20,000 bases of DNA from sequence record SRR31156797_636, one strand, 5' to 3'. The notes beneath the pieces are model-generated. The model saw nothing but the letters and a program-made list of their open reading frames with translations, did not search any database and was not told where the DNA came from. Shown here piece by piece: positions 9,732-17,841 of this stretch (position 1 is its first letter; the number at the start of each line of letters is the position of its first letter). A program made the translations under genes and the position numbers.

Positions 9732-11438
9732 TTATTCCGGACTTCCTGAAATATTTGCGGCCATCTTTTTGACGTCAAGGACTTTGACTCCCGGACCGAT
9801 AATTACTCCCGGCAAATCCGCATCCAGCACCGCGAAACCATCTCCATGAGCTGCCAGCGCCCGAATCTCATCGTCGAAAGGTGCAAAGAATGCACCTCCG
9901 GCAATAAACTCATCCTCGAAAAACTGTTCATCGACAACAAAATAATCAACGCTGTTTCTTTGACAAAAACTCACAATTTCAAGCAAATCTGAAGAGTAAT
10001 AGGCTTTAAATAGATCTTCCAGTCGGGGCTGAATGACTTTCCAGTAACCGACGCACCAAGGATGCGCCAATTCATAAGAAACAAAAACATTCCGCTGTCC
10101 GAACATGAGCAAATTGTCCATCTGGTAGGGGTGTCCGGCAACAAGAACATCCTTGTCAGTGGTAGAGCGAACAAACTCGCAAACCGGACGATCATGGGTA
10201 TAATCATACAGTGCGACCCCTTGGAGGCGCACACATCCGATGACGAATCCCGTGACAAGAACGCAAACCATAAACGTCTCACGCTTCAGGCGGAAATATC
10301 GGCATACCCCGACGAGTGCGCACCCCAGAAGACAACAATATAAAATATTCATCGTGTATTCCAGATAACGGGACGGGATGAACAGCTGCAACAAAATCAA
10401 TCTGGCCAAGATGTAAAGAGCAAAGGAAGCACTACCGATACTCAGCCACACCACTACGCTGGATTTGACACTCTTCCACTGAAAACCCCGAATACCAAAA
10501 AAGAGAAGACCAACGCACACCGCCACTCCAATTCCACCCACAACAGGCCCCCCGTCACGGAATGGAGCAATGTACTCAAAAGGCCGGACAAATAATTCCC
10601 AAAAGAGTGAAGGCACCGGCAAAATTCCAAAACGACCAGCTTCATAGAATTCAGGCCTGCCAGTCATGTCAGCCATACTTGCCATAGGGCCAAAACCCGC
10701 CAGATGCATTTGAAAACGCCAAGCCAGAAGCCCGCAACAGGCAAGGGCTGAGATAACGTAATCCGACCATTTGACGAGGAATGGCGGCGGCGATGTCAAC
10801 TCGAAACGCCAAGCAATCATGGCTAGACCGATGCTGCCACCACACAGAATAAAAATATATGGGATAAAAAAGGCCTGAAGCAATAGAGCCCCGGCCATCA
10901 GCCAACGCACACGGCGGACCCAGGCCAAAATGAACAGGAGCATTAGTGGCCCCGCGAATGCCCTGGACAATCCCCCGGATATGGAATGCAAAAATATGGG
11001 CATCGCCCAGTACACGGCCACCATGGACAAGCCTAAAGCCTCATCGGCCATGGACTTGCCGACCCAATAGGCAAACATCGCCATCAGAACGAACAGAACC
11101 CCTGTCAGCAACTTGGAGAACAACAAGGGAGACACGACCATGGCAGCTACAAAGTACAGCGACTGCACCCCCCAGGGAACATAGCGCATGGCATATTCAT
11201 TCAAAATGCTCTCTGGATACAGGGCCGGATCAAGCCACCGTTGCATCCAGTAAAGCTGCTGGCGCGTATCATCATTGATGATATATGAATTCAGGAATCC
11301 GGTATGATGTGATATGAGAAAAAGAAGAGTCGAAAAAATTAAAACAAAAAAGGGTGCATATCTGCACACTGCCCCCCAAAGGGTAGCGGTGAATTGGCCT
11401 GTCCCAGACACAACACCCGTTCCTCTATGGAGCGTCAT
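9732..11438 (-). CDS. Multi-pass membrane protein, putative GT-C fold glycosyltransferase
   Basis: 568 aa with about 11-13 hydrophobic segments, an acidic pair (INDD) in the loop after TM1, a PSRY motif near the last TMs and a C-terminal soluble domain of about 160 aa. The CDS is certain; the function is inferred. Confidence 0.6.
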   Translation of the reverse strand: MTLHRGTGVVSGTGQFTATLWGAVCRYAPFFVLIFSTLLFLISHHTGFLNSYIINDDTRQQLYWMQRWLDPALYPESILNEYAMRYVPWGVQSLYFVAAMVVSPLLFSKLLTGVLFVLMAMFAYWVGKSMADEALGLSMVAVYWAMPIFLHSISGGLSRAFAGPLMLLFILAWVRRVRWLMAGALLLQAFFIPYIFILCGGSIGLAMIAWRFELTSPPPFLVKWSDYVISALACCGLLAWRFQMHLAGFGPMASMADMTGRPEFYEAGRFGILPVPSLFWELFVRPFEYIAPFRDGGPVVGGIGVAVCVGLLFFGIRGFQWKSVKSSVVVWLSIGSASFALYILARLILLQLFIPSRYLEYTMNILYCCLLGCALVGVCRYFRLKRETFMVCVLVTGFVIGCVRLQGVALYDYTHDRPVCEFVRSTTDKDVLVAGHPYQMDNLLMFGQRNVFVSYELAHPWCVGYWKVIQPRLEDLFKAYYSSDLLEIVSFCQRNSVDYFVVDEQFFEDEFIAGGAFFAPFDDEIRALAAHGDGFAVLDADLPGVIIGPGVKVLDVKKMAANISGSPE

Positions 11439-11439
11439 A

Positions 11440-12387
11440 CTATTTTACATCAGCCTTTTCATTTTCCGTAAACATGATCCGGACCTTATAGCCTTCCTTC
11501 AGGAAATTGTCAGGATTGTCGATTTCCAATTCAGCAGCATAATATGACGGCGCATCGATATTGGTGTCAACCGGCAACCACGACATAGACACCAGCTTGG
11601 CCTTCATGACCTTGTCAGGATTGAATTCCACTATGACCTCAGCTGTATCACCCGGCTTCAAACGATACATGTCAGCTTCATATACCTGAGTCCGAATGAT
11701 CATCGGGTCCATAACACCGATAGCAAAAACGGATTCATCAACGATTGCTCCCAACTCCACATTGGTGTTTTCCCATATAATATAGCCCTCGATGGGAGAA
11801 CGAACATACATCTGGGACGTATCCAACCTACGGTCACCTTTTTGCCCAAGCATTTCAGCAATCAACAACCTATCATCAGCAGCCCGTTTTTGATCTTGAG
11901 TCAACTCTTTCTTTGCCTGCTCGACCTGAAACGAGATGAGGGATATCTGATCCCTCAAGGAAGCAACACCCTTATCCGTCGCCAGTCCCTGCTGACTCAG
12001 AGTCTTGTTTGACTCAAGCTGTTTATTGAGAGTCTTGAGTCTAGCTTTCCACTTCTTGATCTCCAGCTCTTGGCGAGTAAATTCAAGCTTCTTGTCAACC
12101 CTGGCTTCAAGGCCGAGAGCGTCCTTGCGCTTGAGACGTACTTTCATCAGCACGTCGTCCTTTTTCACCAATTGGCCAACGCTCACCTTCTTCTCAATCA
12201 CCTCGCCGGAATAGGGCAGCTTTACGGGATGTGTCATCGAGCAATAGACCTTCCCCTGAAAAATCGTCTCAACCGCATTCGCAGCAGAACTAATACCATG
12301 CTTCTGCTGACCATACGCAAACGAGCAGGCCAGCAGCAGAGTGGTCATTAAAACTATCGCAGCAAGTCTAATTTTCCAGGTCATCAT
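11440..12387 (-). CDS. HlyD/MacA-like periplasmic adaptor, paralog 2
   Basis: Signal-like N-terminus (possible lipobox LLAC), YSGEVIEKKVSVGQLVKKDDVL, coiled-coil, VRSPIEG, VYEADMYRLKPGD and NPDNFLKEGYKV. ATG at 12387 or 12384 overlaps the end of the tolC-like gene. Confidence 0.88.
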   Translation of the reverse strand: MMTWKIRLAAIVLMTTLLLACSFAYGQQKHGISSAANAVETIFQGKVYCSMTHPVKLPYSGEVIEKKVSVGQLVKKDDVLMKVRLKRKDALGLEARVDKKLEFTRQELEIKKWKARLKTLNKQLESNKTLSQQGLATDKGVASLRDQISLISFQVEQAKKELTQDQKRAADDRLLIAEMLGQKGDRRLDTSQMYVRSPIEGYIIWENTNVELGAIVDESVFAIGVMDPMIIRTQVYEADMYRLKPGDTAEVIVEFNPDKVMKAKLVSMSWLPVDTNIDAPSYYAAELEIDNPDNFLKEGYKVRIMFTENEKADVK

Positions 12388-13822
12388 CTTTAATCTCAAT
12401 GTACTGTTCCAACAACCTACCCGTCAGGGCATAAGTCTCCAATTTACGTACTATATAACTTTGTTGTTTGGACAACAAAGTTATTTCCTTGAGTACAACG
12501 GCAACTTTTGCCGACACGAAATCCCTGAATGTCGCTTCTCCAGCGTCAAACAAAATCTCCTTCTTTCTCAGCATCATCTCCTGCAACTCCAGATCGACCT
12601 TAGCAAGTTCAAGCTCGCGTTGCATGCTGCGCAATTCCGTCAACCCTTTGTACCAGTTATCTTCTTTGGTCAAGTTTGAGAGCTGACGCCTAAATCCTTC
12701 ATTCTTTTTGACAAGTTCGGCCCTATCGGTATTTCGGCCAAGTTCGCCCCAATGCAAAACCGGAACTGTAATGCCAAGGGTCAAATAAAAATCTTCCTTG
12801 CCGTCTGTCGATGAGCTGATCGGATCAGGAGTTCTTACGGAAACGGAAAACTTAGGCACATAATTAGCCCAAGCTGCATAAACACCATAATTCGATAATT
12901 CTTTACGGATGACGTTCATTTTCGAAAAAAGTGCGCTGCTCTTCATCTCCTGATAAGTAATCTTGTGTGGAGCATACACCGCATCAACCACGCTGGCAAA
13001 GTCGCTTTTTTTCAGAACTATTTTTTGTTCGACCGGAATACCGATCATCCGCTTGACCCGCATCTCCATATCGGAACGCTGCTCAATGAAAGTCCGCCTG
13101 TTGCAGGCAACTTTTTGCAGTTCCTGTTCAGCCAAACGGACTTCGAGTGGCACCACTGGAGCGTTGGGGTACATTTTCTGGATATATGAGAGAGTTTCAT
13201 TTCCGAATGCCTCAAGTTTCCGCTGCTCATCCATTATTTTATCAAAAAACTCAGCATGAATATAAACCTTGATGACATTGGCAATTAGCTCGTTGGCAGC
13301 CTGAAGTTTTTGATATTTTGCAAGCTTGGTCACGAGCAAACTGGCATCATGACTCAAATAAGACCCAATGGGGTCCCATGTGCCACTACTAAAGCTCACC
13401 GACAACTTGTTACGCGACTTGTCGTCCTTCGTTGTCAGATTCACGTTGTTGCTGACGTAAAGATTCAGCTTGGGAAACATCCTCCACCACTTATTTTCTT
13501 CATCAATCTTCTTGATGTCGATTTCGACCTCGGCCATCTTCATGTACGGAGATTTTTCCAGAGTCAGCTGGATGCATTCTTCAAGAGTCAGGGGATCTGT
13601 CACAAAAGATTCGGTCGAAGTAGGAGTAGCACCATTCCCGGTAGAAAGTGTCGCACTAGCGGTTTCCCAATCCACAGGGGACGGAGTTTCACTCGTGGCC
13701 CCACAGCCAAAAGCAACGAGCATCATAAGCAGCATGCACCCCAAAGTCAGCTTGCAGCCGACCAAGGACGCGAAACGCTTTTTTTTGATATTATATTTTT
13801 CTACCCTGCTTTTCATAAGCAT
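12368..13822 (-). CDS. TolC-family outer membrane efflux protein, probable lipoprotein
   Basis: Basic N-region, hydrophobic stretch and AFGC lipobox-like motif; LTLEECIQL, FPKLNL, YVPKFSV, GITVPVLHWG and FDAGEATFRD fit the duplicated OEP architecture. Confidence 0.85.
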   Translation of the reverse strand: MLMKSRVEKYNIKKKRFASLVGCKLTLGCMLLMMLVAFGCGATSETPSPVDWETASATLSTGNGATPTSTESFVTDPLTLEECIQLTLEKSPYMKMAEVEIDIKKIDEENKWWRMFPKLNLYVSNNVNLTTKDDKSRNKLSVSFSSGTWDPIGSYLSHDASLLVTKLAKYQKLQAANELIANVIKVYIHAEFFDKIMDEQRKLEAFGNETLSYIQKMYPNAPVVPLEVRLAEQELQKVACNRRTFIEQRSDMEMRVKRMIGIPVEQKIVLKKSDFASVVDAVYAPHKITYQEMKSSALFSKMNVIRKELSNYGVYAAWANYVPKFSVSVRTPDPISSSTDGKEDFYLTLGITVPVLHWGELGRNTDRAELVKKNEGFRRQLSNLTKEDNWYKGLTELRSMQRELELAKVDLELQEMMLRKKEILFDAGEATFRDFVSAKVAVVLKEITLLSKQQSYIVRKLETYALTGRLLEQYIEIKDDDLEN

Positions 13823-13968
13823 TAAGAGTCCGATCAGATGAGTCCTTCAATTTCGTTGCTGTAGTTCGACTCATGTATAACCATGTCGAGTAGCCCCCTT
13901 TGTTTAACGACAAAAATCTTTTATGTACACATATTTCACTAGGCAAAAGGAGCAACTCCCGACAAGAT

Positions 13969-13984
13969 TGCACTTTCTATTCCA
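13969..13984 (-). promoter_or_regulatory. Candidate sigma54 (-24/-12) promoter for the tolC-adaptor-GT-C unit
   Basis: Minus strand TGGAATAGAAAGTGCA has GG and GC at canonical spacing within the 209-bp gap upstream of the tolC-like gene. Confidence 0.35.
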
Positions 13985-14031
13985 TGGCAAAAGCATGTGC
14001 AGAAAAAAGCTCCGATTTTTTGGCAACGATT

Positions 14032-14715
14032 TTACTGTTCCTTCAGTATTCCATCTTCAAGGAGAAATCTTCGGGTACAACGCTTGGCAACTTCCGTATC
14101 ATGAGTAACCAAAACCATGGCCTTCCCTTTGATAGAAACAATTTTCTCAAAATATTTCATTATCTTCTCACCCGTCTTCCGATCAAGCTGTCCTGTAGGC
14201 TCGTCCCCCAACAAAACTTGAGGACGATTCACTAGGGCACGGGCAATGGCGACACGCTGCTGTTCACCGCCGGACAGGCGGTTCGTAGCGTGATGAATCC
14301 TGTGAGACAGATTTACCTCCTTCAGTGATTCTTCAATGATTCCAGCACGTTTAGCTCTCGATATCTTTCCGTAAATAAGCGGATACTCGAGATTTTCATA
14401 GACCGTAGAATTTTCAAACAGGTTGCACGACTGAAGCACAAAACCAAGATTATCCCGTCTGAATCCGGCCCTCTCCTTAACATTCAGACCGAGCACATCA
14501 CGACCAAGTATCTTGTAGCTGCCAGAGGTAGCTGGCTGCAACATCCCCATAATATACAACAAGGTGGATTTTCCACAACCTGAAGGCCCCATGATGGAAA
14601 CCATCTCGCCAGGATAAATATTGACATCCACACCGGTCAACACAGGCACCTTGCCCGCCGGAGTGACGTACTCCTTCCGAAGATTCTTAACTGAAATGAT
14701 AGGATCAGGTTTCAT
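14032..14715 (-). CDS. ABC transporter ATP-binding protein (MacB/LolD/DevA-like)
   Basis: Walker A GPSGCGKST, signature LSGGEQQRVAIARAL, Walker B LLGDEPTGQLD and H-loop VTHD. Confidence 0.96.
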   Translation of the reverse strand: MKPDPIISVKNLRKEYVTPAGKVPVLTGVDVNIYPGEMVSIMGPSGCGKSTLLYIMGMLQPATSGSYKILGRDVLGLNVKERAGFRRDNLGFVLQSCNLFENSTVYENLEYPLIYGKISRAKRAGIIEESLKEVNLSHRIHHATNRLSGGEQQRVAIARALVNRPQVLLGDEPTGQLDRKTGEKIMKYFEKIVSIKGKAMVLVTHDTEVAKRCTRRFLLEDGILKEQ

Positions 14716-14719
14716 ATCG

Positions 14720-15949
14720 CTACTCGAACCGTATTGCGGTCACGGCATCCAATCTCGATGCCCTCAATGCCGGATAATATCCTGTAACAAGTCCAAGCAT
14801 TCCGGAAAAGACAATACTCATACCGGCATAGGTAATGAACACATCTCGCGACGGGCTGCTCCCGAGGAAATGACTGGCGAACTCAACAACCACATATCCC
14901 AATAGCACCCCGAATATGGCAGCACTTATACTCAGACAAAAAGCCTCACAAAGAAACTGACTCTTGATGTCCCGCCCCTCGGCTCCCATCGCTTTTTTCA
15001 GTCCGATCTCACGAGTCCTGGCAATGACGGAACTCATCATACCATTCCAGATACCAAAACCGCCAAGCGTCAGAGTTGCGCCGATAGACAAAAAAATGAA
15101 CAGCTCCACCCACCACACGATGAGCACCAACCGATGCAACTGCTCCCAAGAGACATGACTGACCAGATAATCTGCGGACTGGTGAGCCTTGACCGTGGCC
15201 ACCAACGCGTCGGCCACAGGTTTAACATCGTCCCATGTCTTGCAACGCAGGTATATCCTGTCCGAACGGTATTCCTTGCCGCTCCGGTCAATGGCCGCCG
15301 TCAACGGAACAAAGGCATAGGAATTGCGCTGTCCGATCTGAAGCCCCCCGACAACGCCAAGAACCTTATAAAGGTCCTTACCGATACGGATGTAGTTGCC
15401 CAAGGCGCTTTCTTGACCAAACAACGACTCTGCGAGCTCTTCACCAATCACGCAAACCAGTGACCGTTCATCGACAAAGGATTTGCCAAACAGGAATCCG
15501 GCAACCGGCTCCAGGCTGTTGGCGGACCAGTAATCGGCATCAACTCCCTGGACCGGAACGATATTTTTTTCCCCGTTAACAAGCATCGGAACCCAGTTGA
15601 TGGTCTCGGTTGCGGCGCTAACAACATCAACGCCCGGCAATGCCCGCAAGGCATCCTGAGTTTCGTCGGTAAAGAATTTGTCCCTGGCTCCGGGGTGCTT
15701 TTCCTCTTCAAATCCCAACTTGATAAGGGTCGCACCTCCAAGAAGATCAAGGTCATGGTTGAGCTTCTTCTTGACCTCATCACCCATGGCCATCACTGCA
15801 AGCAAACTCGCCGTCCCCAAGGCAATAGCCAACATCACGCCGAAACTGCGGCGGCGCTGTCGGAACACCTGACGAACGCTGATGTGTATTAGATCTCGTG
15901 CTGTGATCATATTCTGAAGACATCCCCGTTCAAGGGGATCTAAAGGCAT
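14720..15949 (-). CDS. ABC transporter permease (MacB/FtsX family)
   Basis: TM1, large periplasmic domain, then three TMs; GGFGIWNGMMSSVIARTREIGLKKAMGA, QFLCEA and YPALRASRLDAVTAIRFE. Start may be the downstream Met (MITARD). Confidence 0.94.
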   Translation of the reverse strand: MPLDPLERGCLQNMITARDLIHISVRQVFRQRRRSFGVMLAIALGTASLLAVMAMGDEVKKKLNHDLDLLGGATLIKLGFEEEKHPGARDKFFTDETQDALRALPGVDVVSAATETINWVPMLVNGEKNIVPVQGVDADYWSANSLEPVAGFLFGKSFVDERSLVCVIGEELAESLFGQESALGNYIRIGKDLYKVLGVVGGLQIGQRNSYAFVPLTAAIDRSGKEYRSDRIYLRCKTWDDVKPVADALVATVKAHQSADYLVSHVSWEQLHRLVLIVWWVELFIFLSIGATLTLGGFGIWNGMMSSVIARTREIGLKKAMGAEGRDIKSQFLCEAFCLSISAAIFGVLLGYVVVEFASHFLGSSPSRDVFITYAGMSIVFSGMLGLVTGYYPALRASRLDAVTAIRFE

Positions 15950-15972
15950 CCTTGAGGTATGCCATCACCATT

Positions 15973-17178
15973 CTAATTGACGATGCCAACGCCAAGAGCG
16001 GAAGCAACTTTTTTAAAGCAATTCAAAACCTGTTCAATATGCTTGTCTTCGTGCGTACTCATGAACGCCACCCGAATGATGGCCTCTCCCTTCGGAACCG
16101 CAGGGTAGACCGCAGGCAGAGCAAAAACGCCTACATTCAACAATTCCAAAGAAAACTTGAAGGCTTTGACTTCGTCTCCGATCAAAACGCCGATGACAGG
16201 GCTGGCTCCTTCAACCATCTCTAGCCCAATGTCCTTGAATCCCTGACGGGCTTTTCTGGTGTTCTCCCACAACTTCTGAACCAGCTCAGGCTCTTCCCGA
16301 ATGATCTTGCAGGATTCAAGCGCGGCTGCAGCGCTGGCCGCTGGCAATGCTGCGGAAAAAATCAAAGTCCGACTTTTATGCTTCACATAGTCCAGAAAAT
16401 CGAGATCATCCGTCACGATGAACCCCCCGATGGAAGCAAGGGCTTTACTGAAAGTCCCCATGATGACATCGACATCCTTTGTGACACCGAAATGGTGGGC
16501 AGTTCCCCTGCCACCTCCCATCACGCCTAAGCCATGAGCGTCATCAAGGTAGACGACCAGATTCGGGTCCTCCTCCTTGAGGGAGATCAAGCCGGGCAAG
16601 TCCGCAACGGAACCGGACATGCTAAACACGCCTTCCGAAACAGCAACCCGCTGTGCTTCAGGATGTCTGTCCATGGATTTTTTCAGAATCTTGCGTGCAT
16701 CATCCATGTTGTTATGGGCAAAGCTACGCATCTTGGCTCTGGAGTTAAGACCACCCTCAAGAATACTCGCATGACTGTCGCGGTCGCACAGCAAGAGATC
16801 ACCAGGGTCGACAAGGCAGGTGAATATTCCAGCATTCGCCAAAAAACCCGTAGTATGAACGACAGCCCCTTTCTTCCCAAGCAGATCGGCCACGGCCTCT
16901 TCAAGTTCGGTAATCACGGATATGTTCCCACACAGGAACCGGGAGCCGCCAGGGCCGCTCCCCCAACGTTCAATAGCCTTCTGAGCGGCCTCACAAACCC
17001 TCGGGTGCTGCGTTAGCCCCAAATAGTCATTGGAACCGACCATGATGGCTTTCTTCCCATTGGTCATTACCTCAGGGCCCATACTCGATTCAATTTCCTG
17101 AAAAAAGACGTAAACCCCGTCTCGTTTATATCCTGCTAATAGGGCATTGAACTCACGATTATTAAAGTACGATGGCAT
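15973..17178 (-). CDS. PLP-dependent alpha-oxoamine synthase, serine palmitoyltransferase-like (BioF/Kbl/Spt family)
   Basis: MVGSNDYLGLT, GSRFLCG, TGFLAN, DRDSHASI, FAHN, EGVFSM, DDAHGLG, GTFSKA (PLP lysine), IFSAA, PAVP loop and IIR. The family is certain; the SPT subtype is inferred from recalled similarity to Bacteroidetes-type Spt. Confidence 0.85.
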   Translation of the reverse strand: MPSYFNNREFNALLAGYKRDGVYVFFQEIESSMGPEVMTNGKKAIMVGSNDYLGLTQHPRVCEAAQKAIERWGSGPGGSRFLCGNISVITELEEAVADLLGKKGAVVHTTGFLANAGIFTCLVDPGDLLLCDRDSHASILEGGLNSRAKMRSFAHNNMDDARKILKKSMDRHPEAQRVAVSEGVFSMSGSVADLPGLISLKEEDPNLVVYLDDAHGLGVMGGGRGTAHHFGVTKDVDVIMGTFSKALASIGGFIVTDDLDFLDYVKHKSRTLIFSAALPAASAAAALESCKIIREEPELVQKLWENTRKARQGFKDIGLEMVEGASPVIGVLIGDEVKAFKFSLELLNVGVFALPAVYPAVPKGEAIIRVAFMSTHEDKHIEQVLNCFKKVASALGVGIVN

Positions 17179-17841
17179 TTATCTTCTTCACTTAATATTG
17201 AAACAATTTATGATTAGCGACTATATTTAAGCTTAAAACAAGAGGCTTAACCGGATAGCCAGCCAATATACTTCGTACACCCACTGCTTCTACTTCCTAA
17301 CCTGAGTTCATAGATTGGGTATTTTAAAGCCACTCGCTTTTCTTCAGATATCTACAAGCGGCATATATTTGTATATAAATATTATAAAAAACGCAATGTA
17401 TCAAACTCGGCCCTAAACGCATTATCCAACCGTGGAGTCAGGTTATTAAAATCATTGATCTGACTTTTCCTCTTTCCCATATTACCCCAGCTCCCTTGAA
17501 ACAACTTGCGCCAAAGACACTCCTGCCTAACACTTTTTTTAATCGAGTGCATAAGAAAAAGTACTCATATGGACTGAGTTGAGAGACAATCTCAAACCGA
17601 CACTTCAACTCCACGCTTTGACCAGCCCCTTCGAAAGACTAATCTACGGATGCTCGTTAAAAGAACAACGTCGGAAGCCGAACATGGACGCAAAGAGAGA
17701 TACTCTCATACAAGTCCTCTTCAAGCTCAGAGGAGTCGGCGTTGCCTAGAGGTGTGAATGCCTGCCATCAATTAAGCACAACCGGACAGGCGTGTCTCCT
17801 GCATGGCGACTTGAAGACAAGTCAAATCTAACTAAATATTT

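Noticed and set aside
14032-15949. Macrolide resistance (macB) or lolCDE assignment
   Set aside because: Only family-level similarity; the split ATPase/permease and biosynthetic context favour export of a pathway product.
15973-17178. Calling the gene bioF, kbl or definitively spt
   Set aside because: The motifs lean towards Spt but include atypical residues; subtype needs phylogeny or assay.
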